From Vicugna vicugna (Eukaryota), in NCBI GenBank assembly GCA_013265495.1, contig MU058213.1, positions 2,914,001 through 2,978,000 on the forward strand: DNA of 64,000 bases. Reading direction: 5' to 3'. Position 1 is the stretch's first letter. The number at the start of each line of letters is the position of its first letter. A program made the position numbers and the translations under genes. Shown here piece after piece: positions 1-11,028 of the stretch. A model generated the notes under the pieces. It saw only the letters and a program-made list of their open reading frames with translations. It searched no databases and was not told the DNA's origin.

Positions 1-74
1 CAAGTATGTTAGAAAAAAAACTGTTTTCAATACCTGGACAAACAGCCCCTCAGTAGTCCTTGTTACAAGCGACT

Positions 75-230
75 CTGGTTCTCAGCGCTGCCTGCATTTC
101 AAAATCAACGATTAAAAAATCCCAGTGCCAGGCCTTCATACTGGACTACTTAACTCAGATTCTCTAAAAGTGAACCCAAGAGTGGTTCGTATAACCCAAA
201 TGTGCAGATAGGATTGATAAAATCCACCAA
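75..230. mobile_element. MER5-type hAT-Charlie MITE (degenerate)
   Basis: ggttctcagc..ctgcatttcaaaatca..cccagtgccaggcc..ttaactcagattctct resembles the MER5A/B consensus. Confidence 0.55.
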
Positions 231-621
231 ACTAATCACTTTAAGTTACAAGCACTCACTTAGATAGTCAACCACGATACCAACAGCAAGTAACAAAAAA
301 CATTGCTTCAGAAGTGGCATAAATAAGGGAATTTATCAACTTACCCACTCACAAGTTCCTAAGGCAGCTTTCTGTAATCCAGGCTGTATATCCAGGTTAT
401 AGCCATACATCTCCGAAGTTCTGCCACTCCTGCTCCAACCGACGTCTTCCTCCTCAGGCTGCGAATAAGATGGTTTATAGCCACGTCAGCCCCACGCACT
501 CACGCACACCCAGGTGCTGCTAGTTTACAGAACCGAAACCTTTCCCACTACACACAACGTACTCATGGCTAATTGTACGAGCTAGCAGTCGTAATTGAAT
601 TACCCAGATCAGCTGAGGCTG

Positions 622-786
622 ATGGTCCTCAAACTTGAGTGAGCTTTAAAATTACCTTGAGAGCCTGTTAAATCACGGATCACTACCCTACCCCTACAGT
701 TTCGTATTCTCTTCTTCTAAGGTAGGGCCCGAGTATTTTCATACTTAGTTCTCAAAGTGGTTTTTGATGCACTTTGAGAACCATTT
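622..786. mobile_element. MER5A hAT-Charlie MITE
   Basis: tggtcctcaaacttgag…attaccttgagagcctgttaaa…cactttgagaacca; typical MER5A termini. Confidence 0.75.
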
Positions 787-875
787 AGAGAACCTGCTGA
801 CAATATAAGCAGCTTTCCTTAAAACACTTGGCTATTTTAAAGAGTAAACAGTTACGGTTTTTTAAAGTATGTCCA

Positions 876-1176
876 TGTTCGCAGCCTTAAGTGAGTAGGC
901 CCTGAGGCCCAGGCCAAAGTTCACAATAGCTTGCACCTGGACAGAGGTAAATGTACGCATGCGCCAGTGGCGTGAGTCAGCATTATGAACACTACGCATG
1001 CACCACTAGCATTACTAAAAGGACAAGTGCGTACACCTGAGCACGCTGCCAGGCCGAGTGCACCACTCACTTGTACTGCAATAAAGTGCTGTTTTGCTCC
1101 AAGTCAGCTCCTGGCACCTTCTTCCAGTTGGGCAGCTCATCTCCTCGAATCCCTCTTCACCCTCCCATGGCTGACA
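876..1176 (+). mobile_element. Short (301 bp) solo LTR, family unassigned
   Basis: TG…CA termini, perfect 5-bp TSD GTCCA (871-875 and 1177-1181), AATAAA at 1080-1085. Confidence 0.75.
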
Positions 1177-1202
1177 GTCCACAAGTTGTGTGATACTCCT
1201 TT

Positions 1203-1761
1203 TGAGGCGGGAAGCCCCATAAAAAGGCCGGCAGGAACCCCAGGCAGGGCCACCACTCTCCTGCCAGCATCGTCTGGTTCCCTGGCCCAGAGGCTCTCAG
1301 TTTTTGCCTCTAAACCGGATAACTTACACCTAAAATTCTATTGGTTCCCTGAGCTCACTTCTGATTGGTTACTTCCTTCACTTCTGCTTGGTTATTACTC
1401 TCATTTCTGATTGGTCCACTTCCCTAACTTCTGATTGGTCCATTTGTAGTACTTCATTTGCATGGAGCTCACTCCTGATTGGTTATTTCTCTCACTCCTG
1501 ATTGGTCTATTTCTACAAAGCTTGTCCCTGGTTGGTCAACTTCTGTTGTACTTTATTTGCAGATGATGTTGCAAAGTGTAAACTGGCAGCCTATAAAGAC
1601 CTGTATAAACCGAAAGACAGGGTCCAGAGCTTTAAGTGTTAACTCCTCTGGGCCTGCTGGCGTAATAAATCTGAGTTCTCCAACTCTCCGAGTGATGCTT
1701 GGTCTCTCGCCCGGATCCAGGTTGCTGTCACAACTGAGCTGTAACACATTTTTTCACAACA
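1203..1761 (+). mobile_element. ERV1-like solo LTR (559 bp) with tandem CCAAT boxes
   Basis: TGAGGC…CAACA termini, perfect 4-bp TSD CTTT (1199-1202 and 1762-1765), TATAAA at 1592 and 1604, AATAAA at 1664, gagctgtaacac motif near the 3' end. Confidence 0.85.
1335..1610 (+). promoter_or_regulatory. LTR U3 motif array: inverted CCAAT boxes, octamer, TATA
   Basis: ATTGG at 1340, 1364, 1410, 1434, 1478, 1501, with variants at 1387 and 1531; ATTTGCAT at 1456-1463; TATAAA at 1592. Motifs are seen directly; activity is not shown. Confidence 0.55.
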
Positions 1762-2594
1762 CTTTCCCTTCCTTTGACTGTGGGCTGGACTTAGTGGCTC
1801 ACTTCTAACAAATAGGATCCAGTAGAAGTGATGGTATGACTTAAACAGTAGGTCATAAAACACATCACAGATTCCATCTTAGCCAGTCTCTCTGTTGAAT
1901 CATTCTCTCCAAAGGAAACAAACAGCCATGTCATGAGGACACTCTGGAGACACATGGTAAAGAACCGAGGTCTCTGGCCAATAGTGAGTTAGTCCTCTTG
2001 GAAGCAGATCCCCCAGCTCCAGTCAAGTCACAGATGACTGTAGCCCTTGGCTATTATCCTGACCTCAAACTCAAAAGACACCCTAAGCTAGAACTCCCCA
2101 GAAAGGCTGCTTCCCAACTCCTAGCCACAGGTGTAAATATCTGTTGTTTTAAGCCACTAAGTTTTGAGGGTAATCTGTTATGCCATAATAGATAACTCCT
2201 AAAATAAATTAACAAAACTGGAAAGAGGAGAAGAGATACTATCTTGAGAAATCCACAGTGTCCACAGTGTCTGGTTGCTTCAGTTAATGAAAGTTCAATA
2301 TAAAGATATACATGCTGAGAAACTCGGGAAATCCAAACTAGGTTTTAAGGAACAACAGGAACTTAAAAGTCCCTCTATATTCAAGCAGCTTCTAGGATTC
2401 TCAGCATCAGGGACTCAGGGATCTTAAGTTGCAGGCTGCTCCAAAGTTAACTCAAGAAATACTTGTTCCATTTTCCTCTTCCTAGAGACCAGCCATCTCA
2501 CAACCTATTCTGTATCTTTTGTTGTTCTTAATCTCATAATCTCCATTCCCCCCTTCCAGTTTGTGCCTCCCCTGAAGGTTTCTGAGACACTCTC

Positions 2595-3295
2595 ACTGCT
2601 CTGCAAAGTGTAATCTGTGGACCAGCATTCATCAGTTTCACCAGGGAGCATGTTAAAATGCAAAACTTGGGGCCCCACCTCAGACCTACTTAATCAGAAT
2701 AAGCATTTAAGTTTGAGAGAAGCTGCTCTACATCACAACGATTAGGTGGAACCTCCCACTACTTACTGCAGTGGTTCTCAAATTTTGATGCATCTTGTAA
2801 TTAAAATCTGCCAGCCTCCCTCACTGAGACATTCTGATTTGTTGTGTATGAGTAAGACTGACCAATGGAAGTTTTAGAAGCTTCCAGGGGATTCTAATGT
2901 CCAATAAAGCTTGGTAACTATTAGCATGCAACCTTCTTTTCTTAATATTTCCCAATTAAATTTCACAAAAGAGAGCATGTGATTAACTGTCTTACCTTTT
3001 AATACAAAGGCATAGGCATTTAACCATTCAGTTGTGGAGGAAAGACTGAGTATTGCAGGATTACATGACCCAAAACATAACCACTGCTGCTTAGCAAGGC
3101 TGCAGGGGAATGCAGTTTTCAGTAGTGCAGTGTTTCTTAATCTTGGCTACACATTAGAATAATCTAGGGAGTTTTAATAGCTCACGTCCTAAACTCCACA
3201 GAACAACTCACTCAGAATCTCTGGGTTGGATCCAGGCAACAATGGTGTTAATCCTCCCAAATGATACCGATTTGCAGCCAATATTGAAAAGCACT
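2595..3295. mobile_element. Three MER5-type MITEs (about 2595-2730, 2769-2920, 3128-3295)
   Basis: caaagtgt..gtggaccagca..ccagggagcatgttaaaatgcaaa; cagtggttctcaaattttgatgc; cagtgtttcttaatcttggctacacattagaat. Confidence 0.7.
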
Positions 3296-3429
3296 TAATA
3301 GGTATAGCAATGGACATGTCTATATAAACAGTATTCCAAACTAAATACAAATCTAAATTCTGTTGGCTTTAAAATCATGGCTATTTATTTTTGACCCAAT
3401 CTAAAATTAGTTGAGTGAACAAAAGCATC

Positions 3430-3870
3430 ATGTAAGGAAAAGAACATAGGTTTTTGAATCAGAGAGACCTGGGGTTTAACCCAGTAATGGAGTGGATTTG
3501 GGCAAGTTTTTAATCTTGATAAACTTCAGTTTTCTCATCCATAAAATGGGGGTAAAACTGACTAACTCAAAGGATTATAAGAAGAATAAATGTTATAATG
3601 TATGTGAAATACTTTAGACATTATAGGTAATAAAATGTTATTTACTTTCTCTTCCATGTATGGGGGGATATTTTCTTTTAAAAAGTGTAGTTCTGTGGAT
3701 TATTGGGTGTAAACCTCACACCAACCCCTTGGGACTGTTGTTTTTCCAGTTTGACAGATAAGAAAACTGAAACTTAAAAAAAAAAAAAAGGTTAAATAAT
3801 GAGTAATAAGCTGAGATTCAAACACAGTTACATAACCCCAAAGCCCAGATTCTTAACCATTCCATTGTAC
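3430..3870. mobile_element. Two MIR SINE fragments in opposite orientations (about 3430-3640 +, 3710-3870 -)
   Basis: MIR core ttgggcaagt..ttcagttttctcatccataaaatggg and reverse core gacagataagaaaactgaaactta. Confidence 0.75.
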
Positions 3871-4560
3871 CACCTCTCTAAAACAGCTATCACCTTCCTG
3901 GTTCATGAAAAACAAAACGGTGGTATGCATACGGGGCGGGGGGCAGGGGGAGTGGGAAATGAGGCTCAGGGAAGGGGGAGAGGAATGTCTGTGGTGATGC
4001 GCCCTGGCACACAGGCTACCAGCATCCTGGTAATTGTTCTGCTCTTTTTCTTCCCTCAGGGCAAGCTGTCAATTGCAGACCTTCCAATCCCATCCTAGAA
4101 GGTCACAATGCAATTCTTCAAAGGTGGTACTGTCAGTATACTTTTGAAAAATCACCAGAATGTGCTTATTTTTTTCATACACAATTCCTGCCTACACAAG
4201 CATAACATAGTCTGTACTTTCATCAGCTAAGGAATGGAAGAGACACAAACCTATAAATAACTATTTCCAATTAACCTGCTTCCTGTGCTCTTCCTGTCTT
4301 TCAATTTGATTCAAGTTCTCTTTCCTTCAGAAGCCAATTACAATTGTCACTTGGTTTTTTTCAGGGTTTTTTTGTTTGTTTTCTTGTTTATACTGCTTCT
4401 TCTGTCTTGTAGTTAATTCCTGCAGTCGCCCTTGGCAAATTCATTAGCCAGAATGGTTTTCAATTTGACTAAATTTAATTTATAAATCTTTGCATCTTTT
4501 CAACACACATCCCTGAAAAACCCTTTAGTTTAAGACAGATGCAGAAAAGATGTCTCTCAA

Positions 4561-4611
4561 CACCTGGAACTAACACACTGTTGTAGATCAACTAGACTTC
4601 AACTTTAAAAA
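4561..4611 (+). mobile_element. Ultra-short L1 3' tail (cetartiodactyl type)
   Basis: cacctggaactaacacactgttgtagatcaactagacttcaactttaaaaa. Confidence 0.6.
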
Positions 4612-5552
4612 GTGAGTATGGACAGCCATGGATGTCTGTATTTAATATTGATTCAATTAGCATTTTTTCAATTAGCATTAGTGATTTAAAAAAAGACTCA
4701 AATATAGATTTAAGATTCAGAATTGGAGCAGGCCCAAGTCCTAAGTTTAATTTAAGTTAAAGTTTGTCCTTGGCATACTTCACTTACTCTCTTTAGTTTC
4801 CAGGACCTCTCATTATTCAGATGTTTTCTTATTTCTCTTTCCCTATCAAAGTGTAACCATCCCATATTAAAGTCCCTTAGTTTGCTGCTAAAGAACAATT
4901 GTCTTCTCTCTTTTCTACATTATTCTCTCAATTGGATCATTCTCACTGGCATACAAGCATATTCAAATATTTCACATCTTTTTAAAAAAATCTTCCTTGA
5001 GACCACATCACCTTAAAGCTACTATCCCATTTTTGGCACCCTCTACAATAAAATCAGTTTAGAGTTGTCCATAGTCATTCTCAACTTCCTCACTATCTAG
5101 TCTCCTCTGTACTATGTTCAGTTTTTCAATAAATTCAAACCTTTTCTAAAAAATAATTCGTTTTAAAGTTTTGTTTTGTTTTTTTTTAAAGAAAAAAGAA
5201 AGACAAACCTGGGGAAGTTATAAACTTTCTGAGAAGGCAGTGGATCGCTCCAGGGCTTGAAATAGGAGTGTGAGTCAATTTTATTCAAATCCAAGACAAC
5301 TTCTGATTTACACACAAATTCACTAAGACAGCACAATTTTAATGCTCCAGGTGTAAATAAAAATCTACTTTCCTCTCTCCTTACCCACAAAGGAATAGTA
5401 AAACTGGCCTAAGGTTTCCCAGACTGTGTTTACCTGAAGACGCCAGCTTCTCTTTGGATTTCTCAAACTCAGAAATGGCACAATTGTCAATAGGTCTCGC
5501 AAGTGTTATACCTTGCTTTACTTTGAATATATATATACATATACACAAAGTG

Positions 5553-5590
5553 TACACACATACACACACACACACACACACACATATATA
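5553..5590. repeat. (CA)n microsatellite
   Basis: Direct observation. Confidence 0.95.
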
Positions 5591-5617
5591 ACTTAAAAGC
5601 CAAGCAAAACAAAAAAA

Positions 5618-5775
5618 CTTGAGTGTACATCAGAATCACCCAGAGGGCTTGTGAAAACATTAATGACTGGATGCCACTTTAAGAGTTTCTGATTCCTTAA
5701 GCTTTGTATTTCTAACAAGTTCCCACGTAATACTGATGTTGCTGTTCTAAAGATTATATCTGGAGAACTACTGAC
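5618..5775. mobile_element. MER5A MITE
   Basis: aacttgagtgtacatcagaatcacccagagggcttgtgaaaaca…ttctaacaagttccc…ggagaactactg. Confidence 0.8.
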
Positions 5776-6159
5776 CAAAGCCAAGCATGGTAACTCCATT
5801 CTTACCACTGTTGTTTCCTTTTTTTAGGAATAGACATGAGACCAAACAAATGAGAGATGACTTGCTTCAGGGAAAGCATTCCGCATCCTGAGAAGAAGGT
5901 ACAGACCCTTTTCTTCTCATGCATGTATTGTGCTTAAATATTGAAAACCAGCTTGAGATCAAGAGGGACACTGACAATGGCATGTCAAAAGATGGGGAAA
6001 CTTACATCTTTAATGTCATTGAGCTTCAACTAACCTGGAGCCCACCCTATCTCCAAATATCCCATGTAAAAGAAATTATTTCCTAATCGTCTATACCTAT
6101 TTGAATCATGATGATGGTTTCTTATAGTTAGTCATCTTGAAACACTAGCTCTCAAATCC

Positions 6160-6634
6160 TGTCCCTTCCCACTCTGTTCATCATTTACTAGTTTCAACCA
6201 AAGTGGCCTTCAGTTTCTCGAACCTGCAAAGCTCATTCTACATCAGGATCTGCCATTGCTCATCCCTCTGCCTGGACACTCTGCCCCTGGACCTCTCCAT
6301 GGCTGGCTCTTTCTTGTCGTTGGAGTCTTAAATCTGATGTCACTTTTTCAAAGCTGTCTTTCCAAATCATGCAATTTGAAGTGGTGTTCTTCACTTGCCT
6401 CCAAAACTCTTTCCCTGTTACCCCATTTTATTTTCTTCAGAGCATTTACACCATTCTAAGTTATATTCTAGCATTTGTACCTTTACATTTTTGTTCAACC
6501 TCCACCCCTCCTTCTTTCTACAATGTAAGGTCCTTGAGAATTGTGACCATCTCTATCTTGTCTATCTCCCTATATCCAGTGCCTGGAAGGGTGCCTAGGA
6601 ATGGAGTGAGTAATTAACAAATATTTGTTTATGA
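6160..6634 (+). mobile_element. L2 LINE 3' end
   Basis: tggccttcagtttctcgaacctgc…cctctgcctggacactctgcccc…ccagtgcctggaagggtgcctagga…aaatatttgtt. Confidence 0.75.
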
Positions 6635-6745
6635 ACAAGAATATGAAAATGAATATATGTATATATATATGCATGACTGGGACATTATGCTGTTCACCAG
6701 AAATTGACACATTATAACTGACTATACTTCAATTTTAAAAAAAAA
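6635..6745 (+). mobile_element. Young L1 3' tail (camelid-like), about 110 bp
   Basis: gaatatgaaaatgaatatatg…gcatgactgggacattatgctg..caccagaaattgacac…polyA; near-TSD atttgttt(a)atga on both sides. Confidence 0.85.
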
Positions 6746-7720
6746 TTTGTTTAATGAGTTAATTTAAAAGGCTGACTTACGCTCTTTTTAAAATAAATTT
6801 GGACTTTTTCCAAATGCGAGAATTTTGGAAAGACAGTTGAGAGAGGATATTTAAAGGTAAATCTAAAAATTCTATTCAGAAAGAATCAAGCACATCTGTC
6901 ACCAAAACTCCTGGCGTATAAAGACAGTTGACAACATACCCAGACTACAGCAATGCCAGCAAAAGAAAAGGCAGCAATATTCAAATCAAAAGTCACTAAG
7001 GGCAAAGAACATACTCTGTCTCTGACCCATGGAGCTTCCTGTAATTAACAAGGTGAGGGGTTATGTCATACATTTGTGTTTTTCAGCAGTGCTGTACATT
7101 CCAATGTAAGTTAGGGAGTGGAATCACTAGCACTCATCTAACCTGGCCCAACACTACAAGGCAGTTTCCTACAAGAGGGGATCATAGATAGTCTTAGAAA
7201 GGAGCATGGCCAAAGGGAGTTGAAAAGCTTCCTTCTCACTTGTTCTTCAGAGAGAAGTTCCACCCAAAGGACACCATCACGAGCATCTGGGGCACAGTGG
7301 CAGGATAATTTGTTTCTTCCTCCAACCCCTGCAAGTTTCCTGTTCTCCAGACTGACTGTCTATCCTGAACTCACTTACAGGAAGCACCCTCCCTGCCTCC
7401 TTCTGGGACATCATCATACAGGTCAGATGAATTAATTCTCCACATATTCTGTTTTCATCCTACTTTTGTGATTGGAAAAGGCTCTCAAGGCCAAGCCGTC
7501 CTGATGGATGAGCAGAACTGGCAGCTACTGATGAGGTAGGATTTATAGTTGAGAGATGATGCCTTTGACTCTCAAAATACTACCCCAGCCACCCATGACT
7601 GAACTTCAATTCACCTAGAAGGGGACAGAATGTTTTAAAAGTAAATAATTTTTTTATATAGTGTTCATGTCCTATAACTTTAAGTGTCTTGATGAATTTA
7701 AACTGTTTTAGTAATTGTGT

Positions 7721-7809
7721 TTTTTTATTGAAGTACAATTACAATGTGTCAACTTCTGATGTACAGCACAATGTCCCAGTCATGCATATACATATATTCA
7801 TTTTCATAG
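7721..7809 (-). mobile_element. Young L1 3' tail (camelid-like)
   Basis: Reverse complement of the tail at 6635-6745, starting with poly-T. Confidence 0.85.
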
Positions 7810-9199
7810 TTAGCAATTATTTTAGTAAAGCAGCAAGTGTAAGTTCCTGGAGGAACATACCCATCTCTGGAAGATACATTACCAGGTCATCCCTATTCAA
7901 GTGATCACACCCACAACAAGTTTAAGTCAAAGGCCTTAAACTGAGTGAATGTTCAGAGGAAGAATTTTGTTTGCTTTTGCTTTTTCTAAAAATTACTTTT
8001 TAAATCCAAGGGATATATTCCTATCCTCCTTCTCTAGAGAGAGAAAAAAAAAAAAAGAACACATTCTTTCCTTCCCATTTACCATTCAAATAAGCCGGAA
8101 TATGCACCTGAGAGCTGAGAAGCTAGAGTTGAAAGCATAGGGCTATCACATGTTATTCTACTTGGAAGTATGACTGTGAAGGATAAGAACGCTACTCACT
8201 ATTGCTCTATATATTACTCATTCATGGATTCATGGACAAAATAACCAGTTATGAAAGGCTTCCTAAACTAGTTTTGCTTTACAAATCATTCGGCCCTGAA
8301 CTGACTTCCATTTTTATTTGTTCCTGATTCCTATAAACATATCTACATTAGTCCTCTTTGGTCTTTGTCTCTGATTTGTCAATTGATTCTGGGCTGCTTG
8401 CCCTGTTTTAGCTACTAAATTAATTTATTCTTTTTCTTTATCTGTCTAATTATTCTATTAAGGCTTAACAAGAGAAAGAAATTATTTTCAAATATTAGTC
8501 TTATGTTTATTTATTGGGACCAAAAGGCTGTGCTTCACTCGCTTATTTATAGTGATCAGTCACCTATGTATCACACTTTATGCTAGGCACCATAGAGAAA
8601 AATTTAAATGAAGAGAGTTTCTACCCATTATATTAGTTACAACATGATAAGAAATGTATAAAAACAAGCATTATATGAGGTAGAAAGTGGTAAATATGCC
8701 CCTAAACATTTTACTAAGATTTGGTGAAAGGTCACAGCTAGAATATAGCAGAAGAAAGAGAGACCAGATGCAAGAGAAACAGATCATTAGGAGAAACGAT
8801 GCAGTAAATTTCATTATCAAGAAAATATATACCTACAAGATAAATTTATATATTGGAGAAATAGAAGGAACATGCCAAGCACTGCATTTTAGGAAAAATG
8901 AGGCTAGGGGTGAGGGAAGTGAAAAACTGCAAAATTATACAACAGACCACATACCAGGTTCAGAAAATAGGTTACTTCTTAAACCTTCATGCAGATTACA
9001 AACCTTATAGGCACAAGTTATGCAAGTGATGGAGGAGATCAACAATCAAGACATATCATTTGCTCAAATCCTATCTGAGAAATTCTGGACTTTGCTTTCA
9101 AATGTGTTTCTCTTTGAAAGTGTAGAGAGTAATCCGTAGAAACTGCTTCTCTAACAGGGAATAAAGAGTTAGTTAAATAAAAATCTCAAAACCTCAAGG

Positions 9200-11028
9200 A
9201 AATATATGACAAACCTACAGCCAGCATAGTACTCAACAGTGAAAAACTCAAAAGCTTCCCACTAAAATCTGGGACAAGGATGCCCACTATCACCACTCCT
9301 ATTCAACATAGTCTTGGAAGTCCTAGCCACAGCAACCAGGCAAGAGAGAGAAATAAAACGGATCCAAATTGGAAAAGAAGAGGTAAAACTGTCACTATAT
9401 GCCGACAACATGTTACTATATATAGAAAACCCTAAAAGGTCCACATAAAAACTATTAGAGCTGATCGAAGAATTCAGCCAAGGTAGCTGGTTACAAGATT
9501 AACGTTCAAAAATCAGTTGCATTTCTTTACACTAACGATGAATCAACAGAGAAAGAAAATAAAGAAACAATCCCCTTTAAAATAGCACCCAAAGTAATAA
9601 AATACCTAGGAATAAATCTAACCAAGGAGGTGAAAGAATTATACACAGAAGACTATAAATCATTGATGAAGGAAATTAAAGAAGACTTTAAAAAATGGAA
9701 AGATATCCCATGCTCTTGGGTTGGAAGAATCAATATTGTTACAAATGGTCACACTGCTCAAGGCAATCTACAGATTTCATGCAATCCCTATCAAATTACC
9801 CAGGACATTTTTCACAGAACTAGAACAAGTCATAATAAAATTTATATGGAACCATCAAAGACTTAGAATTGCCAAAGCATTACTGAAGAAAAAGAAAGAG
9901 GATGGAGGAATAATTCTCCCAGATTTCAGACAATACTACAGAGCTACAGTAATCAGAATAGCATGGTGTTGGTACAAAAACAGACATATAGACCAATGGA
10001 ACAGAATAAAGAGCCCAGAAATGAACCCACAAACTTTTGGTCAACTAATCTTCAACAAAGGAGGCAAGAATATACAATGGAATAAAGACAGTCTCTTCAG
10101 CAAATGGTGTTGGGAAAACTGGACAGCAGAATGTAAAGCAATGAAGCTAGAACACTCCCTTACACCATACACAAAAATCAACTCAAAATGGATCAAAGAC
10201 TTAAATATAAGACAAGATACAATAAACCTCCTAGAAGAAAATAAAGGCAAAACGTTATCTGACATACATCTNNNNNNNNNNNNNNNNNNNNNNNNNNNNN
10301 NNNNNNNNNNNNNNNNNNNNNNNNNNNNNNNNNNNNNNNNNNNNNNNNNNNNNNNNNNNNNNNNNNNNNNNNNNNNNNNNNNNNNNNNNNNNNNNNNNNN
10401 NNNNNNNNNNNNNNNNNNNNNNNNNNNNNNNNNNNNNNNNNNNNNNNNNNNNNNNNNNNNNNNNNNNNNNNNNNNNNNNNNNNNNNNNNNNNNNNNNNNN
10501 NNNNNNNNNNNNNNNNNNNNNNNNNNNNNNNNNNNNNNNNNNNNNNNNNNNNNNNNNNNNNNNNNNNNNNNNNNNNNNNNNNNNNNNNNNNNNNNNNNNN
10601 NNNNNNNNNNNNNNNNNNNNNNNNNNNNNNNNNNNNNNNNNNNNNNNNNNNNNNNNNNNNNNNNNNNNNNNNNNNNNNNNNNNNNNNNNNNNNNNNNNNN
10701 NNNNNNNNNNNNNNNNNNNNNNNNNNNNNNNNNNNNNNNNNNNNNNNNNNNNNNNNNNNNNNNNNNNNNNNNNNNNNNNNNNNNNNNNNNNNNNNNNNNN
10801 NNNGGGGGGGAAGGGACAGAATGGGATTTTGAAATGTAGAATAGATAAACAAGATTACACTGTATAGCACAGGGAAATAAATATAAGATCTTGTGGTAGC
10901 TCACAGCGAAAAAAACTGTGACAATGAATATATGCATGTTCATATATAACTGAAAAATTGTGCTCTACACTGGAATTTGACACAACATTGTAAAATGACT
11001 ATTACTCAATCAAAAAAAAGGAAAAAAA
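9200..11028 (+). mobile_element. 5'-truncated young L1 (ORF2 RT/C-terminal part + 3' UTR), spans an assembly gap
   Basis: [17 protein letters not shown] and [12 protein letters not shown] by direct translation; ORF 9721 contains [13 protein letters not shown]…[13 protein letters not shown]; poly-A end; approximate TSD aaaacc/ttc/aaggaaa. Confidence 0.95.
10272..10802. other. Assembly gap (N run)
   Basis: 531 N bases. Confidence 1.

Larger units (their letters stand above)
851..2200 (+). mobile_element. MLT1F-type MaLR LTR, interrupted by two nested solo LTRs (own pieces about 851-875, 1177-1202, 1762-2200)
   Basis: ggttttttaaagtatgtcca|caagttgtgtgatactcct|…tgtgggctggacttagtggctcacttctaac…tgttgttttaagccactaagttttgagggtaatctgttatgcc..atagataact matches the MLT1F pattern once the inserts are removed. 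Confidence 0.8.

Noticed and set aside
1335..1562. Regularly spaced repeats that superficially resemble a CRISPR array
   Set aside because: Mammalian LTR context; the units are contiguous degenerate tandem repeats without unique spacers, and there are no cas genes.
985..1863. ORFs of 141, 109, 64 and 74 aa
   Set aside because: They cross LTR/LTR junctions and the CCAAT repeat and show no gag/pol/env similarity.
10272..10802. Gap shorter than the ~1 kb of L1 sequence expected between its flanks
   Set aside because: Gap sizes are estimates, so a real deletion cannot be inferred.
9721..10943. Long ORFs of 372, 300 and 225 aa
   Set aside because: Their length comes from translating the N gap. 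The real residues are L1 ORF2 or its antisense, with frameshifts upstream.
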